Of a stretch of 64,000 nucleotides of DNA, positions 46,484-62,905 are shown piece after piece. The notes beneath the pieces are model-generated. The model saw only the letters and a list, made by a program, of their open reading frames with translations, ran no database searches and was not told the origin of the DNA. The stretch lies in NCBI GenBank assembly GCA_963698075.1, contig OY969116.1, positions 189,492 to 253,491 on the forward strand. The letters are read 5' to 3'. Source of the DNA: an uncultured Candidatus Berkelbacteria bacterium (GTDB lineage Bacteria > Patescibacteriota > UBA1384 > UBA12157 > JAENIV01). Both the position numbers and the translations under genes were made by a program. Position 1 is the first letter of the stretch. Every line of letters begins with the position of its first letter.

Positions 46484-47671
46484 TTACTTTACTATCTTTG
46501 TTACTACTCCTGCTCCAACGGTTTTACCCCCTTCACGAATGGCAAACCGCATTCCTTCTTCCATGGCCACTGGCTGGAGCAATTTGACTTTGAATTTAAT
46601 CGTGTCCCCTGGCATGACCATTTCCGTGTCCGCTGGCAGTTCAACTTCGCCGGTAACGTCAGTTGTCCGAATATAAAATTGGGGCTTATAACCTTTAAAG
46701 AACGGCGTGTGACGTCCACCTTCCTCTTTGGTTAAGACGTAAACTTCTGATTCGAATTCGGTGTGTGGGGTAATCGACCCAGGTTTGGCTAAAACTTGGC
46801 CGCGCTCAACATCTTCTCGCTCGACACCACGAAGTAAGGCGCCGATGTTATCGCCGGCAATTCCTTCATCAAGCTGCTTTTTAAACATCTCGACGCCGGT
46901 AACAACCACTTTTTTAGTCGGTTTGAGACCCACAATTTCTACTTCTTCATTAACTTTAACTTTACCGCGTTCGATTCGACCGGTAGCCACCGTGCCCCGT
47001 CCTTTAATCGAGAAAACGTCTTCGACCGCCATCAAGAAGGGTTTTTCCACATCCCGTTTTGGTTCAGGGACGAATTCATCAAGAGCCTTGAGTAATTCTT
47101 CAATTGATTTTTCCCCTTCGGCGTCGCCTTCAAGGGCTTTGAGAGCCGAGCCTTTTATAATCGGGGTCTCATCGCCGGGAAATTCATATTTTTTCAAGAG
47201 ATCGCGAACTTCCATTTCAACTAATTCCAAAAGTTCTTTATCGGTCACTTGATCAACCTTATTTAGATAAACCACAATTGACGGCACTCCCACCTGACGG
47301 GCTAACAGGATATGCTCGCGAGTTTGCGGCATTGGACCGTCAGCAGCCGAGACCACCAAAATCGCTCCATCCATCTGCGCCGCTCCGGTGATCATATTTT
47401 TGACATAGTCAGCGTGACCCGGGCAGTCAACGTGAGCATAATGACGTTTATCGGTTTCGTACTCAACATGACAAGTAGCAATCGTGATCCCGCGTTCTTT
47501 TTCTTCTGGAGCATTGTCAATTTGATCAACTGTCCGCGGCTCGGCCAAGCCTTTTTTGGACTGAATTTTCAAAATCGCCGCGGTTAACGTTGTTTTGCCG
47601 TGGTCAACATGACCAATGGTTCCCACATTAACATGGGGTTTCTTGCGTTCAAATTTTTTGGTCTCTGCCAT
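46484..47671 (-). CDS. tuf: elongation factor Tu
   Basis: [18 protein letters not shown] and NKVD G-domain motifs; 395 aa, intact. Confidence 0.95.
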   Translation of the reverse strand: MAETKKFERKKPHVNVGTIGHVDHGKTTLTAAILKIQSKKGLAEPRTVDQIDNAPEEKERGITIATCHVEYETDKRHYAHVDCPGHADYVKNMITGAAQMDGAILVVSAADGPMPQTREHILLARQVGVPSIVVYLNKVDQVTDKELLELVEMEVRDLLKKYEFPGDETPIIKGSALKALEGDAEGEKSIEELLKALDEFVPEPKRDVEKPFLMAVEDVFSIKGRGTVATGRIERGKVKVNEEVEIVGLKPTKKVVVTGVEMFKKQLDEGIAGDNIGALLRGVEREDVERGQVLAKPGSITPHTEFESEVYVLTKEEGGRHTPFFKGYKPQFYIRTTDVTGEVELPADTEMVMPGDTIKFKVKLLQPVAMEEGMRFAIREGGKTVGAGVVTKIVK

Positions 47672-47710
47672 TGAAGCTCCTTCAAAATTAAATTAATTTT
47701 ACTAAATAAT

Positions 47711-47738
47711 TTTAATATAATTTAGGGTATATGTCAAT
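47711..47738 (-). promoter_or_regulatory. tuf promoter (TTGACA-18-TAAAAT on minus strand)
   Basis: Hexamers about 60 nt upstream of the tuf RBS GAAGGAG. Confidence 0.45.
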
Positions 47739-47806
47739 ATATACAGCTAAAAAACTCCCCTCAAGAACATCTTAACATAAAACCATAATTTCGTCAATAA
47801 TACTAA

Positions 47807-47835
47807 AAGATGTCCTCGCGAATTGCGGAGACATC
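47807..47835 (-). terminator. hairpin plus U-tract terminator after the 47852..48343 gene
   Basis: GATGTC..GAGGACATC imperfect 9-bp stem, followed on the minus strand by TTTTAGTATT. Confidence 0.5.
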
Positions 47836-47851
47836 TATGTTCAGAATGGGG

Positions 47852-48343
47852 CTACGGTTTTCTGGTTATTTCGATGATCATTTCCTGCCTAGCATCGAAG
47901 ATGACGATGGGCTCGTTGAAACCTTCATCGACAACACCAATTGTTTCCCCTAAAAGGACGATTTCGAATACCCCAGGAAGGATCTCACCTTGGAAGTGAC
48001 CGTTGGTATCTGCGTAGAGGTTTTCAGAATTGGCATCTCTGTCGCGGTGTCTGAAAACAATCGTCACATTAGGAACGGGCCGACCGTTTGATTCCCTGAC
48101 AATTCCCTCGACCATACGTGAACCCGGGCCTCTGGGTCTAAAGCCGTTTCCTCTAACCGATATCATCGACTTGACATAATGACCATGCACGTCCCTCAAA
48201 GCAGGTTGCCCAGGCGTAGTCGGAAGCTGCGTCAATCCAATCCAAACCAGGCATACACCCATAAAAGACATCAGGAAAGCCATCAGCCAATCCTCCTGTC
48301 GTCCAGATGGAAATATCGTACCTGAAAATATAAATAAAGTCAA
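47852..48343 (-). CDS. GC-rich exported protein with a carboxypeptidase-regulatory-like (CarbopepD_reg) beta-sandwich motif
   Basis: Signal peptide MAFLMSFMGVCLVWIG; GRPVPNVTIVF...ADTNGHFQGEILPG matches the CarbopepD_reg pattern. Promoter TTGACT-17-TACGAT and RBS AGGAGGA upstream. Confidence 0.45.
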   Translation of the reverse strand: MTLFIFSGTIFPSGRQEDWLMAFLMSFMGVCLVWIGLTQLPTTPGQPALRDVHGHYVKSMISVRGNGFRPRGPGSRMVEGIVRESNGRPVPNVTIVFRHRDRDANSENLYADTNGHFQGEILPGVFEIVLLGETIGVVDEGFNEPIVIFDARQEMIIEITRKP

Positions 48344-48371
48344 GCAAAAATGCTAAAAATCGGATGATTCC

Positions 48372-49265
48372 TTACGACTTTTTGACTAACGCCAAATAGG
48401 TCAAGGTTAAAACCGTTGAATAAAAGGTGTTAAAAATACCAGCAACAATCACCAGTGCCGCCAAGAAAATCAAACCAATCGTGACGCCATAAATAATGCT
48501 AACTAAAGGACTGGCTAAAAACATCCCAAAACCGATAGCCAATAAAATCCCGCCAACAATCAAGATGGCCAGCATATAGGCAATACCAAAGCCAAGACTT
48601 ATGGCAAATAAAAGTAAATACATCACCACCACTTCTTTCCAAAAATCGCGAAAGAAATGTAAAGAGCCGCGGATACTTTCCCAGATCCCATCATCTTTTA
48701 AAACTACCATCCGTAAAGAATAGGGCAAAATTAGGCCAACCAGAATCCAAAAAGCGATCGAGACAAACAAGAGCAATATCCCCCAGATTAGAGCCAAGAC
48801 CCACTGACCAAAAACAAACAAAAAGATCGAGGGCCCAAGCAAGACTACCAAAGAAGCCAAAACCATTAAGGTATAAAGAACCAACACTCCTAAAATTCGC
48901 CAAAAATGATGGCTGCCGATCTTAAAACCATCGCCGAAATTACTTTTTTTACCCCCAGCAATCTTGTCAACTGAACCGATTAATCCCCCTTGGCTGATGA
49001 TATTGAGGATAAATAAAATGATTGCCAACCCAGCACAAATTAGCAAACAAGTAATTATCAGGCCGCCCCAGATTTGCCAAAAACTGGCAAAACTTGAATA
49101 TGGCAATTTGTTGGTCCAATCCGAGCTATTGGTCGTATAATTGCCAAAATTGGAATTGAGACCTCGAAAACCACCGTACCCACCGGCTAAAATCCCAAAA
49201 ATCCAGAGGAATTTGTGCTTAATGCTAATTTCGTAAGCTCTTTTGATAATGCCTAAATAGTCCAT
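48372..49265 (-). CDS. hypothetical polytopic membrane protein (297 aa)
   Basis: About 7 TM segments; AT-rich native composition. Confidence 0.5.
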   Translation of the reverse strand: MDYLGIIKRAYEISIKHKFLWIFGILAGGYGGFRGLNSNFGNYTTNSSDWTNKLPYSSFASFWQIWGGLIITCLLICAGLAIILFILNIISQGGLIGSVDKIAGGKKSNFGDGFKIGSHHFWRILGVLVLYTLMVLASLVVLLGPSIFLFVFGQWVLALIWGILLLFVSIAFWILVGLILPYSLRMVVLKDDGIWESIRGSLHFFRDFWKEVVVMYLLLFAISLGFGIAYMLAILIVGGILLAIGFGMFLASPLVSIIYGVTIGLIFLAALVIVAGIFNTFYSTVLTLTYLALVKKS

Positions 49266-49297
49266 AATTTCACCTCAACTCTAATATAGCACAAATT

Positions 49298-49326
49298 CTT
49301 GACATTTTCATCACTTTATGGTATAA
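49298..49326 (+). promoter_or_regulatory. consensus sigma70 promoter with extended -10 (TTGACA-17-TGGTATAAT)
   Basis: Exact hexamers plus TGn. Nearly identical to the promoter at 53766. Confidence 0.55.
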
Positions 49327-49335
49327 TCTCGGGTT

Positions 49336-49503
49336 ATGAATATCATCCTTGTTTTAATTTTAATGTTTTTTGCCAGCGCCTTGACGAGTTTTCTTATCTC
49401 CTGCGCTTGCTTAAGTTTGGCCACCAAAATCAGGGCTAATTTGTGGATTTTAATGATGATTGTCGGCATATTCATCCTTAGTTGGATAAGGTTGGCGATT
49501 TAA
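49336..49503 (+). CDS. possible small membrane protein (55 aa)
   Basis: MNIILVLILMFFASALTSFLISCACLSLATKIRANLWILMMIVGIFILSWIRLAI*; alternatively part of a long 5' UTR. Confidence 0.25.
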   Translation: MNIILVLILMFFASALTSFLISCACLSLATKIRANLWILMMIVGIFILSWIRLAI

Positions 49504-49509
49504 AAATCT

Positions 49510-49574
49510 CCTGAAGGGAAAATTGGTGGCGCGATATGACCGCCAGCAGTTTCTCCTTCGGGAGCTTACCAGGC
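49510..49574 (+). ncRNA. conserved structured leader element E1 (candidate cis-regulatory RNA)
   Basis: CCUGAAGGGAAAAUUGGUGG-[hairpin UGGCG..CGCCA]-CAGUUUCUCCUUCGGGAG, shared with E2. The outer helix CUGAAGG/CCUUCGG competes with a local CUCC-UUCG-GGAG tetraloop hairpin. Confidence 0.45.
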
Positions 49575-49630
49575 AGGCTTTACCTAGTAAGGCACGCTTG
49601 GAAGAGAAGCACAAGAGGAGGCAGGCTTCC

Positions 49631-50170
49631 ATGTCGGAGGCAAGCTTCGGTGAGCAGTCAAGTTGGGAAGATGTCGGTCGTCTTCTGACACAACTGGGGG
49701 CGTTCTTCAGGAAGGCCGCGCGTAGACTCGATTCAGAGTTCCTCCAAGCCTTCACTGACTTCACTCCCTTTAGGGAGGCAGTCGCTGCGACCTATCGGAA
49801 ATGGGCACTACGACTGGTGCAGGAAGCCTTCGGTGTCTGGGTCCTGGAGAGCAGGTGGGCCCAACTCAGGGTATACGACCAACGCAAAACCCCCACTCAT
49901 GTCATGGAGGCCATGAGGGCGCTCGAGAGGATGGTCAAAGACGGCCGCGAGGGGCCCAAGCTTCACGTCCAAGATCATCATTTCACAACTCGAAGCTGCA
50001 GCACCAACATCGTCCAGGTGCTCTTCGCGAATAATCGCGTGCTCTATGTCAGATTCGGAGAGCGTGGAGACGTCTACTGGGATATCTACGGCGCAGCCGT
50101 CTGCCCCATCACCGGTGATGGACCATGTGAGCTCGAAGACATGGTCGCGGCCGTCAAACGCCTCTTCTGA
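49631..50170 (+). CDS. GC-rich hypothetical protein (179 aa)
   Basis: ATG after RBS AAGAGGAGG; no recognisable motif. Confidence 0.5.
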   Translation: MSEASFGEQSSWEDVGRLLTQLGAFFRKAARRLDSEFLQAFTDFTPFREAVAATYRKWALRLVQEAFGVWVLESRWAQLRVYDQRKTPTHVMEAMRALERMVKDGREGPKLHVQDHHFTTRSCSTNIVQVLFANNRVLYVRFGERGDVYWDIYGAAVCPITGDGPCELEDMVAAVKRLF

Positions 50171-50186
50171 CCCTATCTCGAACCCA

Positions 50187-50220
50187 AGACCGCCGGAGCG
50201 GTTAATTGCGCCGGCGGTCT
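50187..50220 (+). terminator. GC hairpin after gene 49631..50170
   Basis: AGACCGCCGG-(14 nt)-CCGGCGGTCT, a 10-bp stem. Confidence 0.45.
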
Positions 50221-50252
50221 CTCATATCTAGAGAGCTTTCTATACCATGGAT

Positions 50253-50281
50253 TGACAAAGGAACAGCTTTATGCTACACTC
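50253..50281 (+). promoter_or_regulatory. sigma70-like promoter (TTGACA-17-TACACT)
   Basis: Hexamers upstream of E2 and the gene at 50438. Confidence 0.4.
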
Positions 50282-50327
50282 AAGGAGTTTTGAAGCTGAA
50301 GAATAGTCCGCCAGTCGGCGGATTTCC

Positions 50328-50391
50328 CCTGAAGGGAAAATTGGTGGTGATATCATTATTGGATTATCGCCGGCAGTTTCTCCTTCGGGAG
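50328..50391 (+). ncRNA. conserved structured leader element E2 (paralog of E1)
   Basis: Same outer helix and UUCG hairpin as E1. The inner hairpin differs in sequence but preserves pairing (GGUGAUA...UAUCGCC versus UGGCG...CGCCA), a compensatory change. Confidence 0.45.
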
Positions 50392-50437
50392 ACGGGTGTA
50401 TCCCGGAAACAACACCGCTTAACAATTGAGGGATAAC

Positions 50438-51028
50438 ATGCGAGCCTTCGTACGGGGCACACTCTGGACATTGCTGGTGTTGGGCGCCATCGTGGCGGCC
50501 TTCTACGCCAGCATCAAGTACCTAGATGGCGCCTGCTGTCTGGGACTGGAACTCCTGATGGTATTGATCGCTTCTCTGGTCCTCGGCATCGTCCCGGCGG
50601 CGGTCATCGATCTGTTCTTCGCGAAGATCGTCAGGCGCCCCAGGTGGGGAGCAATCGGATTCTACACCGTACTCGGTGCCGTTTTCATCTTCATCCTGGT
50701 ACCGCAGCTCGGTATGACCCACAAGTTGGTACCCTTGGCGCGCAACTTCCACCAAGCGTGCCAGGCCGATCACCGGGAATACCAGTCGGATGACCCCGAG
50801 GTAGTCGTGGCTGATTTCGGCGGCTCGCTGGACAACATCACGTTCGAACGTGACGACGTCCTGCGGGCCGACCAGTATCTCGGCCTCGGCGGGTGGCACT
50901 ACAAGAATAGTAGCGCTACAGTCGGGATGCTGTACCTCTACACCTACCTCCCCAAGACGACTTTCGATCGGTGGTTCCCCGACCCTTACCGGCCGGCGGA
51001 ATCCCAAGAAGCAAAGGGGCGTGGCTGA
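50438..51028 (+). CDS. GC-rich membrane protein (2-3 TM plus soluble C-terminal domain)
   Basis: MRAFVRGTLWTLLVLGAIVAAFY...; RBS GAGGGA. Confidence 0.5.
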   Translation: MRAFVRGTLWTLLVLGAIVAAFYASIKYLDGACCLGLELLMVLIASLVLGIVPAAVIDLFFAKIVRRPRWGAIGFYTVLGAVFIFILVPQLGMTHKLVPLARNFHQACQADHREYQSDDPEVVVADFGGSLDNITFERDDVLRADQYLGLGGWHYKNSSATVGMLYLYTYLPKTTFDRWFPDPYRPAESQEAKGRG

Positions 51029-51111
51029 CGCCACGCCCCGACGTACCCTTCTTACGGAAAAAGTGACTGCGAAATATCGTCGTTACTTTCTCCGCAAAAG
51101 AAGTCTTATAC

Positions 51112-51140
51112 AAAAAAACCGCCCAAAGAGCGGTCTTTTT
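51112..51140. terminator. bidirectional rho-independent terminator (also ends fusA)
   Basis: AAAAAAA-CCGC-CCAAAGA-GCGG-TCTTTTTCTTT. Confidence 0.6.
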
Positions 51141-51163
51141 CTTTATTATTTTCGTTTTTTACC

Positions 51164-53263
51164 TTATTTTTGTTTCCCCTCAATAATCTTTTGCGCTATA
51201 TGACGAGGCACTTCGGCGTAGTGGGAAAATTCCATAGTGAAGCTTGCCCGGCCTTGGGACATACTCCGTAAAGAAGTGGCGTAGCCAAACATTTCCGCCA
51301 AAGGCACTTCGCCGTCAATCACCTTCATTTTCGCTCGATCCGACATTTCTTTAATATGAGTTCTCTTAGAATTTAAATCCCCCAAAACATCACCCATAAA
51401 ATCTTCTGGCACGACGACTTCAATCCGCATAATTGGCTCCAATAAAACCGGATTGGCTTTTTTAACTCCGGCCTGCAAAGCAAGTGAGCCGGCAATTTGG
51501 AAGGCAATTTCCGAAGAATCAACTTCGTGAAAAGAGCCGTCGTACAAAGTTGTTGACATATCCACCAACGGATAGCCGGCAATCACGCCTCGGGTCATTG
51601 CTTCTTTAATCCCCTTTTCCACTGCCGGAATAAATTCTTTAGGAATTGTGCCGCCGACAATTTTATCGATAAATTCAAAACCTTTGCCGCGTTCCATTGG
51701 GTTTAATTCTAACCAAACATGGCCGTATTGACCGCGGCCGCCTGTTTGACGGATATATTTACCTTCAGCTTTAATACCGAGCGCTTTGATCGTTTCTTTG
51801 TAAGCAACTTGCGGGGCGCCGACATTGGCCTCAACTTTAAATTCCCGTTTCATCCGGTCAACAATAATTTCCAAATGTAGCTCGCCCATGCCGGAAATAA
51901 TTGTCTGACCGGTTTCCGGATCGCCTTTGACCCGAAAGGTCGGATCTTCTTGAGCTAAGCGATTTAAAGCAATGCCCATTTTTTCCTGATCCTGCTTGGT
52001 TTTTGGTTCAATCGCCACACCAATTACGGGCTCTGGGAAAGTAATTGCCTCCAAAATTATTGGCGATTTTTCGTCACATAAAGTATCGCCGGTAGTAGTA
52101 TCTTTTAGGCCCACAGCCGCGGCAATTTCGCCGGCAAAAACTTCGCTGACTTCTTCGCGATGTTGAGCATGCATTCTGACAATTCGGCCGATGCGTTCTT
52201 TTTTGTCTTTAGAAGAATTAAGGACATATGTGCCGGCTTTTAACATCCCAGAATAAACTCTAAAAAAAGTTAAAGTCCCAACAAATGGATCAGCAGCGAC
52301 TTTAAAAGCCAAAGCGGCGAATGGTTCGGCGTCATCGGGCGATCTTTCGAGTTCTTCTTCGGTTCTTGGCTTCCAGCCCTTGACTGGGGGAATATCGAGC
52401 GGTGAAGGCAAATATTCAACCACTGCATCCAAAACCTGCTGCACGCCTTTGTTTTTTAGGGCTGACCCACAGAAAACTGGTACTAATTTATTGGCAATGG
52501 TGGCATTTCGAGAACTTTTTTTAATTCTTCATAGGTCGGTTTTTGACCTTCTAAATATTTATGGAGTAACTCATCATCTTGCTCGGCGATTTTTTCGACT
52601 AAAATTTGATGGAGTTTTTCCGCTTTTTCTTTGAAGCTCCGCCGGGATTTCGAGTTCTTTAACATCTTGACCTTTATCGCCATGGAATTCATAAGCTTTC
52701 ATTTTCAAAACATCGATCACTTGCGAAAATTTTTCTTCATGGGCGTTGGGGAATTGGATGGCAACGGCGTTGTCAGTTAAACGTTCTTTAATTGAATCAA
52801 ATGACTTATTAAAATCTGCGCCCATGCGGTCAAGTTTATTAATAAAACAAATCCGTGGCACCCCGAATTTATCCGCCTGATGCCAAACCGTTTCCGATTG
52901 CGGCTCAACCCCGGCAACGCCGTCAAAAACCACGATCGCGCCATCAAGAACGCGCAAAGAGCGCTGGACTTCGGCGGTAAAATCAATGTGACCGGGAGTA
53001 TCGATAATATTAAAGCGAATTTTTTCTCGAGGATTATCACGGCTGGCCCAAAAACAAGTGGTGGCGGCTGAAGTAATCGTAATTCCCCGCTCGCGCTCCT
53101 GGGCCATCCAGTCCATCACGGCCGCCCCTTCGTGAACTTCGCCGATTTTATAGGTTTTGCCGGTATAAAACAGAACCCGCTCGGTCATCGTCGTCTTCCC
53201 AGCGTCGATATGGGCAATGATGCCAAAATTACGGGTTTTTTCAAGTGAATATTCTCGTGCCAT
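51164..53263 (-). pseudogene. fusA: elongation factor G fusA, two frameshifts (near 52650 and 52455)
   Basis: N-terminal [17 protein letters not shown] and NKLDR. Middle [29 protein letters not shown]. Then [36 protein letters not shown] continues to the C-terminus in other frames. A one-nucleotide deletion (CC to C) lies at about 52455. Confidence 0.85.
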
Positions 53264-53404
53264 AATCTCCGATTTAAATTAAAAATTTCCCCTTTGTCTC
53301 TCTTATTTTATCAAAGAAATTGGATGAAGTCAACTAAAATACCACCATATTTCAGGTGGCATTTTAGCTTTTGGTTAACCAAAAATCTCTTTTTGCCAGA
53401 AAAT

Positions 53405-53689
53405 CTACTGCTTGGCCGCGGCTCCCGGAATGGTTCCTTTTTTGCGGCCGATGATCAAATAGAGAATCGGCCCGATCCAAGCAATCAAGATGATAAGAAC
53501 CAGCCAGAGAATCTTGTCATTTGGGTTGGTAAACTGGCGGCGAATGCAGTCTATCAGGGCCCAAAGCCATAAGATGAACCCCACGCCCGCAAAAATCACC
53601 CAGAAAATTACCCAGCCGATGACCAAAGTTCCGGCCACAGCAGTGGCAGCCGCCGCTGCCGCGGGATCATAACTTGCAGAATAGTCCAT
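53405..53689 (-). CDS. PLD-nuclease N-terminal domain (PLDc_N)-like small membrane protein
   Basis: LWALIDCIRRQFTNPNDKILWLVLIILIAWIGPILYLIIGRK matches the PLDc_N motif. Confidence 0.55.
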   Translation of the reverse strand: MDYSASYDPAAAAAATAVAGTLVIGWVIFWVIFAGVGFILWLWALIDCIRRQFTNPNDKILWLVLIILIAWIGPILYLIIGRKKGTIPGAAAKQ

Positions 53690-53765
53690 TAAACCTCCTT
53701 TTTTCTCGACCTAATTACAGTTTCGCATAAGATAAAAAATTTGTCAAATCTAATGTCTTTTAAGC

Positions 53766-53794
53766 TTGACTTTTACCATAAAATATGGTATAAT
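53766..53794 (+). promoter_or_regulatory. consensus sigma70 promoter with extended -10 (TTGACT-17-TGGTATAAT)
   Basis: Near-duplicate of the promoter at 49298. Followed by a GC-rich 5' leader of about 110 nt. Confidence 0.5.
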
Positions 53795-53905
53795 CCTTAT
53801 GTCAGAGCATCGCTCGGGTATAACCTGTAGCCTGCTCGGCTAACCCACTCACCGATCAATGGCCCTATGGGGACCGGAGACGGAAAGAAGAAAGGGAGAA
53901 GTGAG

Positions 53906-54379
53906 ATGTCTAGCATTCGAGTCGTCGGACCCGACGGACGTCCTGTTTCTGAAGAGCAGTACCCCATGGATGGACCAGCCCCAAAGTTGGAAAATGGGCA
54001 GAGTTTCTCGCTCTTCGAGATCCTCTCGAACCCAATCTTCATCAATGGAACGCCACTGGAACACATCCACGGAACGGCCCGAGCAACGCTGTATCCCCGG
54101 AACACTGCCGTCTGTAAGGATCGAGTGCGCTATTTCGAGCTCAGCATCCGGTCGCGGAGCTGGGACGATATGATCGCGCTCTTCCACGAAGTCCGTAGGC
54201 TCGTCTACAGCTATGAGCCGCTAATACACAAGCCGGCGCCGCCCGCACCGCCGAAGCCGGAGGATCCGTCCTTCATGGGCGGCATCAAGTGGCTGATCCG
54301 CGGAATCTGGTATGATGTCTGCCGCGTCTGGCTCTACTGCGGCCACATCTTGGACCGAGCCTACGAAGACGGCGTGTAG
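53906..54379 (+). CDS. GC-rich hypothetical protein (157 aa)
   Basis: MSSIRVVGPDGRPV... after RBS AAGGGAG. Confidence 0.5.
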   Translation: MSSIRVVGPDGRPVSEEQYPMDGPAPKLENGQSFSLFEILSNPIFINGTPLEHIHGTARATLYPRNTAVCKDRVRYFELSIRSRSWDDMIALFHEVRRLVYSYEPLIHKPAPPAPPKPEDPSFMGGIKWLIRGIWYDVCRVWLYCGHILDRAYEDGV

Positions 54380-54403
54380 AGTAGTCAACCGACCGCTTCA
54401 CTG

Positions 54404-54427
54404 GGGCGCCCTCTTCCGAGGGCGCCC
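54404..54427 (+). terminator. GC hairpin terminator after 53906..54379
   Basis: GGGCGCCCTC-TTCC-GAGGGCGCCC, a 10-bp stem with T-rich sequence downstream. Confidence 0.55.
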
Positions 54428-54518
54428 TTCTCATATCTGAAATACTTTTTTTATTACCAGAAAAGATTCCGTCAGGAATCTTTCTTCATAATCTTATGAG
54501 ATTTTCCAATTTTAAAAA

Positions 54519-54989
54519 TCAAAATCTTGCATAGTGCGCAAAAGCCTTATTGGCTTCGGCCATTTTATGCATATTTTCTTTTTGTTTGATTGAAACGCCA
54601 GTATTGCCGTAAGCCGCTAAAATTTCGTCCGCTAAGAGTTTCTCAAAATTGGCACCTTGACCTTTGCGGGCAGTCTTAATCATCCAGCGCATCGCCAAGG
54701 TTTGGCCGCGATCGCCACCAACCTCAACCGGTACTTGATAAGTCGCCCCACCGATGCGGCGGGGTTTGACTTCCAATAAGGGAGTGGCGTTCTTTAAGGC
54801 CGCTTCAAAAATCTCGAGCGGTTCTTTACTGGTTTTATCTTTTAAAATGTCAAAAGAGCCATAAACAAGCTTTCGGGCGGTTTCTTTCTGCCCCCTCAGC
54901 ATCACTTTATTGATAAACTTGGCCACTGTCACCGATTGGTATTTGGGATCCGGGTTCAATTTTCTTTTTTTGGCTCTTTTACCTCTCAT
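54519..54989 (-). CDS. rpsG: ribosomal protein S7
   Basis: 156 aa; order rpsL-rpsG. Confidence 0.9.
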   Translation of the reverse strand: MRGKRAKKRKLNPDPKYQSVTVAKFINKVMLRGQKETARKLVYGSFDILKDKTSKEPLEIFEAALKNATPLLEVKPRRIGGATYQVPVEVGGDRGQTLAMRWMIKTARKGQGANFEKLLADEILAAYGNTGVSIKQKENMHKMAEANKAFAHYARF

Positions 54990-54991
54990 CT

Positions 54992-55474
54992 TTAACCTTC
55001 CGTAGTTACCGGCTGCTCAGGAGAAGCAGCCGGAGCGGCGACTTTTCTTTGAACACCCGCCGCGCCCTTTTTCGTCCCATACTTAGAACGACCTTGAAGC
55101 CGACCTTCAACCCCAGCGGTATCGAATTTTCCTCTAACAATATGATAACGAACTCCAGGAAGGTCCTTGACTCTACCGCCGCGAATCAAAACCACAGCGT
55201 GTTCTTGCAAATTATGGCCTTCTCCAGGAATATAGGCAGTCACTTCTTGGCCCGAGGTTAGTCTCACTCGAGCAATTTTTCTTAGAGCGGAATTAGGTTT
55301 TTTGGGCGTCACCGTTGTCACTTTCACGCAGACGCCACGTAAAAACGGCCGACCTTTGACAAACTCAACTGGTCGGTTTTTTAAAAAATTAAAACCACGC
55401 CGCAGTGCCGGCGTTTTTGTCCGCTTAATCTTTGACTTTCTTCCTTTTTTTAAAAGTTGTTGAACAGTAGGCAT
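54992..55474 (-). CDS. rpsL: ribosomal protein S12 (C-terminally extended)
   Basis: [11 protein letters not shown]...KKPNSALRK...; classic S12. Confidence 0.9.
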   Translation of the reverse strand: MPTVQQLLKKGRKSKIKRTKTPALRRGFNFLKNRPVEFVKGRPFLRGVCVKVTTVTPKKPNSALRKIARVRLTSGQEVTAYIPGEGHNLQEHAVVLIRGGRVKDLPGVRYHIVRGKFDTAGVEGRLQGRSKYGTKKGAAGVQRKVAAPAASPEQPVTTEG

Positions 55475-55489
55475 AAATTTAGTTGTTAG

Positions 55490-59298
<3,809 letters not shown>

Positions 59299-59370
59299 TA
59301 TTCTCCTTCATCAATCGGTTTTGATTTTAATTCGGGGGCAGGAACCGCTAATTCGGTGACCTCAATATCC

Positions 59371-62612
<3,242 letters not shown>

Positions 62613-62765
62613 TAAGTTTCTCCTTTAGTCCCGATTAGCGGGCTTAGAACACCAAAAGAATTCAACAACAGCAATAAATACACAGCAAGCTCTGCTGCAT
62701 GGCGGCAGATGATTTAAAGTTTGCGATTAATTCTTTCCACCCTTTAAAATTATCTTTCTGTATTT

Positions 62766-62794
62766 ATTTTAAAACAAGTCTTAATTTTTGTCAA
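62766..62794 (-). promoter_or_regulatory. rpoB promoter (TTGACA-17-TAAAAT on minus strand)
   Basis: Hexamers about 150 nt upstream of the rpoB start; long leader. Confidence 0.45.
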
Positions 62795-62905
62795 GTGCCT
62801 TTGTTTACTGCCAATAATTACTACCCGTTACACTCGCACTTGACCCAGGCACCCCCCTTAGGGCGATCATATTTTAGATTTGGTATTTAGCTGGGATCAA
62901 CCTTT

